Below are positions 27,085-36,780 of a stretch of 64,000 nucleotides of DNA, one piece after another. Made by a program: the position numbers and the translations under genes. The stretch is taken from assembly GCA_017552965.1 (NCBI GenBank), contig JAFZNQ010000117.1, positions 1,319 through 65,318 on the forward strand, read 5' to 3'. The notes under the pieces are model-generated. The model did not search any database and was not told where the DNA came from. It was given only the letters and a program-made list of their open reading frames with translations. Positions within the stretch are counted from its first letter, which is position 1. Each line of letters begins with the position of its first letter. The DNA comes from Abditibacteriota bacterium (GTDB lineage: Bacteria > Armatimonadota > UBA5829).

Positions 27085-28356
27085 ATGTTATTCAAAGATT
27101 ACAAATCCTTATCCGAGTCCAATCTCAACAGAGCCGTGATAGCTCTTGCAGCCTGCTGGGTGGTGCTGCTGGTGGTTTTCGGCATCGGCACCATCAGGGT
27201 GGCCGGCTATGCCTCCAAGGCCGAAAAGCAGGTGTACAACCTGTCCGAGATGTCCAACGCCGCCTCTATGCTCATGCAGGGCTCAGCCGTGCTCACAGAG
27301 CATGCGAGGCTGTTCGTCATCACAGGCAACAGAGATTATATGGACGCATACTTCAAGGAGGCGGAGGAGGATCAGCACAGAGACAAGGCTCTGGCCATAG
27401 TCCGCAAGCAAAACGATCCCAAGCTGGACAACATCTTTCTGGAAGGCCTCAACGCTTCCCGGGAGCTCATGCAGACGGAGTATCACGCCATGAAGCTGGC
27501 CTGCCAGGCCTACGGCATCTTCGGCGTTCCCAGGGAAGTGGCGGATTATCCCCTGACCATGAGCGAGATGAGCATGAGCTTTGACGCAAAGAAGGCCATG
27601 GCAGTGGACCTGCTCTTCAACAAGGAGTATTCCGCCGCCAAGCTGACCATCACCAATGCGGCTACCGAGTATTCCCGTATGGCGGGCACCCAGTCGGAGA
27701 GCTCCGTGTGGTACAACGTGCACCGGCTGAACAGAAACATCATGCTCATGCGCCTGGGTCTTTGCGCCTCCATGGCCGTATTCGTGGGCTTTATGTTCGT
27801 GTATCTGATCCTGGGCCATCACAGGCAGAGCCAGGCCAAGAGGCTGAAGGAGATCACCGCCAAGTCCAAGGAACAGGAGCGCAGCATCATCAGCGACCAT
27901 CTGACCCAGCTGCCCAACAGACTGGGACTGTCGGAGTTCCTGAGCCCCAAGCTGGCCAACCTTTCCAAGGAAACGGATCTCTATGCCGCCTATCTGGACA
28001 TAGACTTTTTCAAGTCCATCAATGACACCTACGGCCATCTGGAAGGGGACGGAGTCCTCTGCAGGGTGGCGGACGTGTTCCGCAAGGTGTGCGGCGAATA
28101 CGACGCCTTTTGCGCCAGGATAGGCGGAGACGAATTTGTGTTCGTGTTCAGGGCTGCGGACAACGCGGAGGCGGAGCTCTTCAGATTCAGAGTCAAGGAC
28201 GCAGTGTCCGCATCCAACGAAGGCCAAAAGATCAAGGTGAGCATATCCATGGGCTACACCCGCTGCGATACGGGAGAGCTGACGGAGATACTCCGCAAGG
28301 CGGACGAGATGCTCTACGAGGACAAGAAGAACAAGCATATGAACGTGACCCATTAG
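27085..28356 (+). CDS. membrane-anchored diguanylate cyclase (GGDEF domain)
   Basis: N-terminal TM helix plus sensor region; GGDEF catalytic motif in RIGGDEFVFV; inhibitory-site-like RxxD context. Confidence 0.75.
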   Translation: MLFKDYKSLSESNLNRAVIALAACWVVLLVVFGIGTIRVAGYASKAEKQVYNLSEMSNAASMLMQGSAVLTEHARLFVITGNRDYMDAYFKEAEEDQHRDKALAIVRKQNDPKLDNIFLEGLNASRELMQTEYHAMKLACQAYGIFGVPREVADYPLTMSEMSMSFDAKKAMAVDLLFNKEYSAAKLTITNAATEYSRMAGTQSESSVWYNVHRLNRNIMLMRLGLCASMAVFVGFMFVYLILGHHRQSQAKRLKEITAKSKEQERSIISDHLTQLPNRLGLSEFLSPKLANLSKETDLYAAYLDIDFFKSINDTYGHLEGDGVLCRVADVFRKVCGEYDAFCARIGGDEFVFVFRAADNAEAELFRFRVKDAVSASNEGQKIKVSISMGYTRCDTGELTEILRKADEMLYEDKKNKHMNVTH

Positions 28357-28369
28357 AGGCGCGATATAA

Positions 28370-28395
28370 GCGGCGGGAATACCCGCCGTTTTTTT
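28370..28395 (+). terminator. rho-independent terminator
   Basis: gcggcggg-aata-cccgccg followed by TTTTTTT. Confidence 0.65.
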
Positions 28396-28477
28396 CGGCT
28401 GAGCGCGCCCCTTGCCGGCCTCTTGCGAGAGAGCAGGAAGCCCCGTTTTTTGCGAGGCTTTTGTCGGCTGTCCGCTG

Positions 28478-28508
28478 TTGAAAGGGGCGCTTTTGATGTG
28501 TTATAATA
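28478..28508 (+). promoter_or_regulatory. sigma-70 promoter for the NERD/helicase cassette
   Basis: TTGAAA-17 nt-(t)TATAAT, about 28 nt before RBS GGAG and ATG 28537. Confidence 0.55.
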
Positions 28509-28536
28509 TATCTATCAAATACAGGACGGAGACCCT

Positions 28537-30513
28537 ATGGCAAGAATAATCAGCGACAAACCCCTCGAATATATTCACCCTGACCTCAATTCTGCAGAAG
28601 GCCTTATTCTTGACGTGTTGTCCCGGCTTCCTGGCGATTATGCCGTCATTACCCCCGACGCTGTCAAATGGTCTTATTTCGGAAAAGAAACAACGGGCGA
28701 AAGAGTATTTGTTCTGCTGCACCTGTCCGGAAGCATGCTGCTGATTTACCCTTCGGGCCTGAAAAGCGCCGAGTTCCGATCCAATGCCTGGCATGCAGGA
28801 GAGGATGCTCCTGCCGGCGCCGACAAAGCCATAAGCAAAGCAGAAAAACATCTGAAAACGATCCGCGACTCATTTGCCAGCAAACTTTCCGGCAGCAACG
28901 CCGAAAAAAATCTGCTTGCAGAGCGGATCCACATGTGCATATGGTTCCCCTTTGCGGATAGTATCGATTACGCCGAGAACCACACGGCAGGCATCAGGCT
29001 TTTGTGCGGCGCCGAATACGCAGGGATCAGTAAATATATAGATGAACATACACGGAAAAGAGCAAACAGCTATCCCTTATTCCTTTCCCGCTGGAATGCC
29101 CTTGCGTCTGCAATATGCCTGGAGGGGGCAGCTGAGTCGAACAAGGCTTTTGAACAATATGTTGATAAGCTGAAAAGGTTTCGGGCGTCGTCGTTGGACA
29201 ACTTCACCGGGACAAAGTCTTTCGCTGTATGCGGCGGAGATGATTCCGGCAGGGAAGAGTTTGCCGCTGCGCTCATAGGCAGTATGGAGCACCCGCTTCT
29301 CGTATCCCGGGGAGAGCCTTCCTTTGACCGGGGCAGCGCCCTGGTCTGCTCTATGGAGCAGGCGCTTGACGCTGCAGAGAAGTGCGATATATTGGTATGG
29401 AACGCCGGTGATTATACCCCGGATGACCTTCGGAAGCTGAAGGACAAGCCGGATCGGGGTATTTTTGCAGTCTTTTATTCTGCCGGCAGTCCGGCTGCCC
29501 GGTGGGCCGACGGCTGTGAGGATCTGTGTCACCTGACCTTTGCGGAGCCGCTGGCCTGCAACCGATCGATATTGCGGACGGCAAACAGCCTTTATCCAGC
29601 CGACAGAGAGCTCCTTTGGAACACGGAGGAAGGACAGAAGCCCAAGCTGCACCTGCTTACCCGCGCGGTTACCGGAGCCCTGTCTGCCGATGACAAGCGT
29701 GCAGCGGAATACAGGATCGTCGAAATACTCCAAAAGCATAAATATGCCACTGGGGACAGCGCGGCTGTTGTCCGTATGTCAATGAGCGGACAGGCGGCAG
29801 GAGGCGGTATGTCCTTTATGTATCGGTCGCAGGAAAACGGTGAGGAGACCCGGATCCCTGTCATTTCCCCTGACGCTAAGGACCGGTATGAATGCGTGAT
29901 CCTCACTGACGTGAGACCGGAGCACTTTGAGGGAGAAAGCCCTCTGCTGTCCCGGGCGACGCTGCGGGGCCTGAGGTTCGTCCATATGATCATGCTGCTG
30001 ACGGAGGCAGAACAAAAGGAGCTGTTTGCCAAATATGGGGGCAGCCCCGGTGCCTTCCGTGGTGCAATGGAGGAGCAATACGGAATACAAACTTATACGA
30101 GCAGCGGCTGGCTGAAGGATAATGATCTGATTAACAGCGCAGGGATCATATACGGCGATTTCAAAAAAGGTGACGCTGCGCTGGCCGAGAAGATCCTCGA
30201 TCTCAGGAATGAGCCCGGCGGAGAGCTCACCGTCTTTGTGCTGAATCCGCGCCGCGAAGCCTTGATAGAAAAACTGAAGAAACATGGGATAAGCGCAATT
30301 GCGTGGAAGGATATAGAGGACAGGCTGGAGAAAGGCGGGCAGCTGAAGCATGTGGCGATCACCGACTTTTCGCCGGTCACTCTGCAAAAGCCTGAAAACG
30401 GTCATATTCTCTTTTCCCTTTTCCGACGGGCCTACAAAGCGTTCCTGCTGTCGGACCGGCAGCATAAAAGAGAGCTTGATGCCCTGTGGGAGCCTGAAGG
30501 AGCAGAAAGATGA
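28537..30513 (+). CDS. NERD-like plus SF1-helicase-like protein with degenerate nuclease and ATPase motifs (inactivated paralog of the downstream gene)
   Basis: N-terminus co-linear with a NERD domain but the E-x-K position reads LLIYPSG; Walker A position reads AVCGGDDSGREEF and Walker B reads ILVWNAGDY, versus GGAGTGKT / IIDEAQDF in the downstream paralog. Confidence 0.5.
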   Translation: MARIISDKPLEYIHPDLNSAEGLILDVLSRLPGDYAVITPDAVKWSYFGKETTGERVFVLLHLSGSMLLIYPSGLKSAEFRSNAWHAGEDAPAGADKAISKAEKHLKTIRDSFASKLSGSNAEKNLLAERIHMCIWFPFADSIDYAENHTAGIRLLCGAEYAGISKYIDEHTRKRANSYPLFLSRWNALASAICLEGAAESNKAFEQYVDKLKRFRASSLDNFTGTKSFAVCGGDDSGREEFAAALIGSMEHPLLVSRGEPSFDRGSALVCSMEQALDAAEKCDILVWNAGDYTPDDLRKLKDKPDRGIFAVFYSAGSPAARWADGCEDLCHLTFAEPLACNRSILRTANSLYPADRELLWNTEEGQKPKLHLLTRAVTGALSADDKRAAEYRIVEILQKHKYATGDSAAVVRMSMSGQAAGGGMSFMYRSQENGEETRIPVISPDAKDRYECVILTDVRPEHFEGESPLLSRATLRGLRFVHMIMLLTEAEQKELFAKYGGSPGAFRGAMEEQYGIQTYTSSGWLKDNDLINSAGIIYGDFKKGDAALAEKILDLRNEPGGELTVFVLNPRREALIEKLKKHGISAIAWKDIEDRLEKGGQLKHVAITDFSPVTLQKPENGHILFSLFRRAYKAFLLSDRQHKRELDALWEPEGAER

Positions 30514-32231
30514 AAGAATGCGATCTCGTTTCAAATCTGGATTTTAACAAAAGCCGTGCCGAAGAACTGCTGTTCTATGCTTTCAAGAATGACGTTGCCG
30601 ACAGGGGCTGGTTTATCGTTCACTCTCTTCTCCTGAAGGAGGGCGAGTCGGATTTTCTCATTCTGGATAAGGATATGGGCATACTGCTTGTCGAGACCAA
30701 GTCGGGCTGCTACCACTCGAGAGACGGCAAGATCTTCTGCGCAAATGACAGAGACACCATAGATCCACTGGAGCAGCTGGACAGATGCAAAAGGTCTGTG
30801 GGATCGTATCTGAAAGGGCTGAGAAAGCATAATATCATAGGCGAAAACGAAAAGGTGGAGATCCACCGCTGCGTGTGGATGCCGGACTCAGAGCCCCTGA
30901 CAGACATTGACGAAGGTGGCGCTGTCTGGATGTATATGCCTTTGCTTGATTATAACCCCCGCAAAAGCAACGATATCCGTCGCAAAGCAGTTGGCGATCA
31001 AAAAGTGCAGTTTGAGTTATATGACAGGTGGCGAAAATTGGTGACACCCGGGGGGACCTGTCTGTCGGAGGAATCCTTTGAAACGCTGAAAAGGAAGTTC
31101 AACCCCCATCGTTTGGTAGGACAAAGCGCAAACTGGATACGGAAGAGAAAGACATCGGTGTCTGAGGATCTGTGCCGCAGTCAGAATGCCTTGCTGGGTA
31201 TGCTTGCGCATCAACGGAAGGCTATAGTTGAGGGCGGCGCCGGCACGGGCAAGACCGTGCTGGCTCTGGAAAAGGCATACCGGCTGGCATACGGCGGCGC
31301 TGAAGGCAGTGTGACCTATATTTGCTATAACGATTTGCTCAGGCAAAATCTGTCCGAGACGTTTTACAAAGAACGGGATCCGGACAGAAGAGTCCGCTTT
31401 GTTAATCTGTTTACAAAATACGGCGTTGATTATACAAATTGCGCTAATCCGCAGGAAGAGGTCGCAAAGGAGATCAGAGCGCTCGGGGACCGGTGCGATC
31501 TGTGCAACGTGATCATTGACGAAGCCCAGGACTTCGGACAGGATGTGCTGCAGGCTCTCTTTGACGCCTCGGACGCAGCCGGCGGCGCCTTTTATGTGTT
31601 TTGTGATCTCAAGCAGTGCGTCCATAAGGACAGTCCCGCTGCCTGGCTGAAGGATGAGCATCCCGGAATGCCCCGGATCACCCTGAGCCGCAATCTGCGG
31701 AATACCCGAGAAATTGCCGTGTCCGTCGCCGGCCCTGTCGGTCTTCCGGACGCCTACTGCAACACCAGTCTCAGCGGGCCCAAGCCCAGAGTGTGGCTCT
31801 CCGCTCCGGCGGACAGGTTTGATCTGGCAGGCAAGATAATAGCCAATTACAAGGCGGAGGGCGTCGATACGGACACGGTGATCCTGACCGTGATGGGAAT
31901 AGGGAGTTTAAGGTATAAATATAACGAAGAAAGATTTATCAGAGTGGGAGAAATAAAGCTTCTCCCGGACAACGAGGACAAGAATAAGGTGAGTTGTTTT
32001 TCGGCTAAGGACATATTGTTTACCACTGCCCGCAAATACAAGGGCCTCGAAGCCAATCATGTGATAGTCATAGACCTGGACGGCCATTTTCTCGATGACG
32101 ACGAACTGACTTATACTGCCGCGTCCCGTTCCTGTATGTATCTGGACGTGATCCTGTCCTCAAGGAGCATGGATACCGGGCTCCTTGAAAAGGCTGTGAA
32201 AAAGCTGAATATGGAGCCCGGCAGTTTATGA
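30510..32231 (+). CDS. NERD-domain nuclease fused to a UvrD-like SF1 helicase/ATPase
   Basis: NERD motif ESDFLILDKDMGILLVETKSG (D...E.K); Walker A EGGAGTGKTVLALEKA; Walker B CNVIIDEAQDF; UvrD_C-like tail (VIVIDLD...TAASRSCMYLDVIL); ATGA overlap with the upstream gene. Confidence 0.65.
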   Translation: MKECDLVSNLDFNKSRAEELLFYAFKNDVADRGWFIVHSLLLKEGESDFLILDKDMGILLVETKSGCYHSRDGKIFCANDRDTIDPLEQLDRCKRSVGSYLKGLRKHNIIGENEKVEIHRCVWMPDSEPLTDIDEGGAVWMYMPLLDYNPRKSNDIRRKAVGDQKVQFELYDRWRKLVTPGGTCLSEESFETLKRKFNPHRLVGQSANWIRKRKTSVSEDLCRSQNALLGMLAHQRKAIVEGGAGTGKTVLALEKAYRLAYGGAEGSVTYICYNDLLRQNLSETFYKERDPDRRVRFVNLFTKYGVDYTNCANPQEEVAKEIRALGDRCDLCNVIIDEAQDFGQDVLQALFDASDAAGGAFYVFCDLKQCVHKDSPAAWLKDEHPGMPRITLSRNLRNTREIAVSVAGPVGLPDAYCNTSLSGPKPRVWLSAPADRFDLAGKIIANYKAEGVDTDTVILTVMGIGSLRYKYNEERFIRVGEIKLLPDNEDKNKVSCFSAKDILFTTARKYKGLEANHVIVIDLDGHFLDDDELTYTAASRSCMYLDVILSSRSMDTGLLEKAVKKLNMEPGSL

Positions 32232-32247
32232 CGCGCAAAAACACACA

Positions 32248-32276
32248 GGCGGAGCCGCGAGGCTCCGCCTTTTTCT
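32248..32276. terminator. bidirectional rho-independent terminator
   Basis: ggcggagcc-gcga-ggctccgcc followed by TTTTTCT. Confidence 0.7.
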
Positions 32277-32294
32277 CTTGTTTGCTTTCGGCTG

Positions 32295-35200
32295 TCACTC
32301 CACCGTGAGGGTGAATACTTCTCCGAAGGAGCAGCGCTCTTTGGCCAGGAGCCTCAGCTCCAGACTGCCCTTGCTCTCTGCCTTTACCCTGAGGGTGACC
32401 CTCTCTCCGGTTTTCACCGGCCGGGGCAGGGTATAGGCCTTGCCGTTGGCCGTCAGCTGCACGGAGCCTTCTCCGTCTCCGTCCAGCCATGTGGCTTCGT
32501 TCAGGTTGGCGATAGTGACCTCCAGCAGGTCGCCATTCTTCACAGTGGCGCCCTTTTCCAGCCTCTTGCCCCTCAGAAACACGCCGTCAAAGGCGCCGTC
32601 CACGTATTTGGGAGGATTCGGGACTCCCGGGACAAAGGGGTCGTTGGTGACGGACACGTAGTCGCAGGTCCGGGTGTCCGTCCCCCGGGCTTCGGCTCTC
32701 AGTCCGGGCTTTTTGCCTGCCTCAAACAGGGCGGGGTATCTGTCCTCCACCTGATTGTAGAGCATCATGGCGTCGGTGTAGTCCACGTTTTTGGAGGTGT
32801 CCACCGTCAGATAGCAGCCGGGCTCAAAGGAGGGGCTCGCGAGGAACCTGGGGCCCATCTCCCTGATCACCCTGGTGACGGGCTTGTCCGAATCGTCCGG
32901 ATTGATGATGCCGTAGTCGCTCGCCTCCAGCACTCTGTAGCCCCCGGGCCAGAACCACCAGAAGACTCCGTTGACTCCGCCCTCTATGAGCATCCTGTAA
33001 AAGTCGGCGAAGTACTGAGCCTGCTTGGCCAGTCCCTGCTCCGTGACGTAGGGGCTGTCGCCCTCGATGGTCTTGTAGCCCACCTCGGCATACACCATGG
33101 GAGACTCCGGCGCGGACATTTGGGCTATGGCTCTGGTGAAGGCGCCGGTCTTGATATGTTCGTCCCAGGTGGTGCCCATAGCGTAGGCTTCGGGAGCAAA
33201 GAAATCCACCGCCTTGCCCAGATAGTAAAAGCTGTAGGGCAGCAGTCCGTACCAGGAGCAGACGTCTCCCGCTGCGTGCATCCTGAAGGACACCAGGTGG
33301 TTGGGGTCCGCTTCCCTGTAGAGGTCCCGGGCCAGCCGGTATTTTTTGTAGCACTCGTATTCCAAAAAGCGCCTGTAGGCCAGGGCCTCGCCCCTCTTGG
33401 GGGAGTCTCTGTGCACCGTGGGCACGTCGGGATTGGTGATATTGCCGTCGCTGTCCCGGGTGATGGAGCAGCCCCATATCTTTTCCGCGGCTTCCACAGA
33501 GCCGTAGCGGTCACGCAGCCACTCCTGCCAGTCTCCGTCAAACTGCTTTCTGTAGCCCGGGTCCAGCCAGGTGGGCTCCCAGTGGATGTCGTAGGCTATG
33601 AGGTTCCTGTGCTCCGGCAGTCTCAGCTCCTTTATGATGGGCAGCCAGTATTCGTATCTGTCCCTGAAGTCCGGCTCCGTGGGGTTTGACACCAGGGCCA
33701 GATTCACGTAAATGCCGTGCTCCGCGCACCTGCGGAGAAAGTCCGTCACGTTGTCGTATTTGGGAGGATTGGGAAAAGAGCTGAATATCTGCACGCTGAC
33801 GGCGTTGATGCCGAGATCGTTCATGTTGGTCAGATCCCGCTCTATGACCTCCGGATCATAAAAGTCCTTGCCGAACCATTCCAGAAACAGGGCCCAGTTC
33901 CAGCTGGAGGTGGTGCAGGTGGGGTGGTAGTTGACGCCGTGGAACTTCAGCTCTTTGTCCCCCGCGTAAAACCGGCCGTTTTTCGCAGTGACGAAGGGCG
34001 CGGCGGCGTCGGGCTTCCACAGGCAAAAGTCATGGCTCACGGTGTCTATGAGCCGGTCGTCCATGCTTACGTTCACGGTCACCCTGCAGCCCGCCGCCGG
34101 CCATTTTGCCATGGGCAGGGCAAAGGACTTGTCCATGCTGCCCTTGGGGCCGATGGCGCAGGTCTCTCTCCTGTCAAAGAGCCTGGCGCCCGTGTCCTTG
34201 TCCGTGACTGTGATCCTCCAGGCGATGCTCCGCTCTTCGCCGGACACGTTTCTCAGGTCCGCGCCTATGGTGACGGGCTGACCCTCCGCGTAGGTAAAGC
34301 GGTCCGCTCCCGCCGACCGGATATACACGCCTCTGTCCATGCTCTCTATGATCCCGGCTATGTATTTGTGGGTGGAGGGCTTGGCGTACCACTCCCTGTC
34401 CCGGACGGCTATGGCGGCGTAGCGGCTGTATTTTTGGGCGTTGTCAAATCTCACCAGTCCCGCGGCCGGGTTGCCCCGCCATTTGCCGTCTGCCGTCCTG
34501 CACACGGACCAGCTGAGCCAGCGCCAGTCTCTCGTCTTGCCGTAGCCTGCCGCCGAGGGTCTCATGTGGGAGGACTTCATGCTGCGGGGCATATCCGGCT
34601 TGGCCGTCACTCCCGGAGCCTCAAAGGAGGCCACGTCGTGCATGTCAAAAAAGGCGTTGTCCGGGCCCAGAGACATGTAGTCCATGCCCGTGTTGTCGAT
34701 GGGCTTCATGGCCCGGGTGTTGTCCGAGGAAGGGCAGGTGCCCACGGCCCCTATGTCAAAGGTGTGCTTGCTGTAGGTGTTGTTGGTGGAGCCGTCCAGC
34801 CCCACGAAGAACCGGCGGGCTCCGGCGGGGTCGAATTTGGTGCCGCTGCGCTTGTCGTTGCCGCTGGCGTATTCAAAGTCCTCCGCCTCTATGTAAAAGA
34901 TATTGGGCCGGGTGTCCAGCACAGTCTTTTTCTTCCAGCGGGAGCCGTCTTCTTCCACCCAGCCCACTGCTATGGAGCTGGTGTGGCTGTCGCCCCGGGC
35001 TGTAAACACAGTGACCGAGTCGCCTTCCCTAAAGGCGCCTTCGCCCACGTCCAGATGCACGTAGTCATAGCCGCCGGGAAAGTCTGCGGTGAACTCGTAG
35101 TAATAATAGCCGCAGGAGGGGTCGTGCTTTTCGCGCCAGCCCATGATGGCGTTGGTCTCCTGAGCCTCTCTTTTCCAGCTCTTGCAGGAGCCGTTGCGGA

Positions 35201-35597
35201 AGTCGTAGATGGGGTGCTCGGGCGTGGTCATGGCGGCCCGGCGGGCGTATTCGCTGCGCTCCGTCAGCCTGCCGTTGATCTTCACCAGAGGACGCTCCCA
35301 GGCAGGGGCCTGAAAAAACACCGCCAGCTTGTCGTTGTTGAGATAGTGCCAGAAGTCAGTCAGCATGCTCTGGGGCAGACAGGCTCCGTCGCAGAATATC
35401 ACCAGGTCAAAGGAGGACCAGTTGCCCGGGTCGCTGATGCTGCGGGATTCGGTGCTGTAGCCGTTCATTTCCGCCGCGGCTATGGCCGCCCGGGTAAAGG
35501 TGGCGTCGCCTCCCCAGGCTTCCAGCACCAGGGCGCTCTTGGCCAGGGCGGCGGTGGCCGCCAGAGTCAGCAGAATGGAGATAAACAGATATTTCAT
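32295..35597 (-). CDS. large secreted glycoside hydrolase (TIM-barrel, clan GH-A-like) with accessory beta-sandwich domains (1100 aa)
   Basis: Signal peptide MKYLFISILLTLAATAALA; central (beta/alpha)8-like region (FHGVNYHPT..., GINAVSVQIF, IAYDIHWEPTW); family not assignable by eye. Confidence 0.55.
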   Translation of the reverse strand: MKYLFISILLTLAATAALAKSALVLEAWGGDATFTRAAIAAAEMNGYSTESRSISDPGNWSSFDLVIFCDGACLPQSMLTDFWHYLNNDKLAVFFQAPAWERPLVKINGRLTERSEYARRAAMTTPEHPIYDFRNGSCKSWKREAQETNAIMGWREKHDPSCGYYYYEFTADFPGGYDYVHLDVGEGAFREGDSVTVFTARGDSHTSSIAVGWVEEDGSRWKKKTVLDTRPNIFYIEAEDFEYASGNDKRSGTKFDPAGARRFFVGLDGSTNNTYSKHTFDIGAVGTCPSSDNTRAMKPIDNTGMDYMSLGPDNAFFDMHDVASFEAPGVTAKPDMPRSMKSSHMRPSAAGYGKTRDWRWLSWSVCRTADGKWRGNPAAGLVRFDNAQKYSRYAAIAVRDREWYAKPSTHKYIAGIIESMDRGVYIRSAGADRFTYAEGQPVTIGADLRNVSGEERSIAWRITVTDKDTGARLFDRRETCAIGPKGSMDKSFALPMAKWPAAGCRVTVNVSMDDRLIDTVSHDFCLWKPDAAAPFVTAKNGRFYAGDKELKFHGVNYHPTCTTSSWNWALFLEWFGKDFYDPEVIERDLTNMNDLGINAVSVQIFSSFPNPPKYDNVTDFLRRCAEHGIYVNLALVSNPTEPDFRDRYEYWLPIIKELRLPEHRNLIAYDIHWEPTWLDPGYRKQFDGDWQEWLRDRYGSVEAAEKIWGCSITRDSDGNITNPDVPTVHRDSPKRGEALAYRRFLEYECYKKYRLARDLYREADPNHLVSFRMHAAGDVCSWYGLLPYSFYYLGKAVDFFAPEAYAMGTTWDEHIKTGAFTRAIAQMSAPESPMVYAEVGYKTIEGDSPYVTEQGLAKQAQYFADFYRMLIEGGVNGVFWWFWPGGYRVLEASDYGIINPDDSDKPVTRVIREMGPRFLASPSFEPGCYLTVDTSKNVDYTDAMMLYNQVEDRYPALFEAGKKPGLRAEARGTDTRTCDYVSVTNDPFVPGVPNPPKYVDGAFDGVFLRGKRLEKGATVKNGDLLEVTIANLNEATWLDGDGEGSVQLTANGKAYTLPRPVKTGERVTLRVKAESKGSLELRLLAKERCSFGEVFTLTVE

Positions 35598-35608
35598 GAG
35601 GGCCTTCC

Positions 35609-36139
35609 TTAGCCGCAGCCCTTGCGGGCTTTATTGATGATGGCGGTGGTGGACCAGTCGTCCGCCTCCGTCACCTCCAGAGGGATGATCACCACCCGGC
35701 CTCCGTAGCTGCGGACGATGGGGGTCTCGGGTATCTTTTCGGCGTCGTAATCGCCTCCCTTGCAATACACGTCCGGCTTCAGCAGCTCTATGGTCTCGGA
35801 AGCGGTGGCTTCGCCGAAGAGCACCACGTAGTCCACGCAGTCAAAGCCGGACAGCATCTCCGCCCGGGAGGCCTGATTGTTGAGAGGCCTGGAGGGGCCC
35901 TTGAGGGCCCGGACGGATTCGTCCGTGTTGAGGCCTATCACCAGCATATCGCCCAGACTGCGGGCAGCCTGAAGGCACCGGAGATGTCCTATGTGGAGCA
36001 CGTCAAAGCAGCCGTTGGTAAAGACCACCTTTTTGTCTCCTCTCGCGGCCAGCTTTTCGGCCAGCTCTTCTCTCGTCAGCACCTTTTTTTCACGGGTAAA
36101 ATACCGCTGCATCTGCTGCAGCTCTTCTTTGGTCATCAT
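35609..36139 (-). CDS. nucleotidyltransferase of the RfaE domain II / cytidylyltransferase family (D-beta-D-heptose-1-phosphate adenylyltransferase-like)
   Basis: VVFTNGCFDVLHIGHLRCL (HxGH) and ...SRP...RAEML...VDYVV motifs. Confidence 0.6.
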   Translation of the reverse strand: MMTKEELQQMQRYFTREKKVLTREELAEKLAARGDKKVVFTNGCFDVLHIGHLRCLQAARSLGDMLVIGLNTDESVRALKGPSRPLNNQASRAEMLSGFDCVDYVVLFGEATASETIELLKPDVYCKGGDYDAEKIPETPIVRSYGGRVVIIPLEVTEADDWSTTAIINKARKGCG

Positions 36140-36780
36140 GACTGTATCCTCTGTAAAGTGTGTATCAAAGCCTCTCGGCTGATGGTCCCTTCTCTGAGTA
36201 TGCGGGGCTCCCCGCCCGTCAGGTCCAGTATCACCGATGCGGAGCCTATCTCCGACGGTCCCATATTTATGACTATGTCCGCCCCTTCCCTGATCTCCGG
36301 GTCCAGCCTGTCGCAGGCTGACGGAGCCGGCCGCCCGGACACGTTGGCGCTGGTGGCGCAGATAGGCTCCCCCAATATCCCGAGCAGGGTCTGCAGGAAG
36401 GGATGGTCCGGTATTCGCAGGGCCACCGTGTCGCCTCCGGCGCAGACTATGTCCGGCACGGAGGGCTTTTTGGGGAGTATGACCGTGAGGGGGCCGGGCA
36501 TATATATGCCCTCCAGGGCCGCCAGAGCGGGATGGCTCTCCGCCGCCAGCTCTATACGGGCCACAGAGTCCACCATCACCGGCAGAGGCTTGGATCGGTC
36601 TCTCTGCTTCAGGTCGTATATGCGTTCCGCGGCCTCCGGGCGGCTCATCAGGCAGCCTATGCCGTACACGGTCTCTGTGGGAAATACGGCTGTCCTGCCC
36701 TCGGAGAGGACCCGGGCGGTCTCCCGGGCCGCAGCCTCGACCCCCGCAGGGGTGGCTGCAGTGACGTCTATGTATATCAT
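36136..36780 (-). CDS. tsaC: L-threonylcarbamoyladenylate synthase (YrdC/TsaC family)
   Basis: VFPTETVYGIGC, ...LPVMV..., TSAN.SG motifs. Confidence 0.75.
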   Translation of the reverse strand: MIYIDVTAATPAGVEAAARETARVLSEGRTAVFPTETVYGIGCLMSRPEAAERIYDLKQRDRSKPLPVMVDSVARIELAAESHPALAALEGIYMPGPLTVILPKKPSVPDIVCAGGDTVALRIPDHPFLQTLLGILGEPICATSANVSGRPAPSACDRLDPEIREGADIVINMGPSEIGSASVILDLTGGEPRILREGTISREALIHTLQRIQS

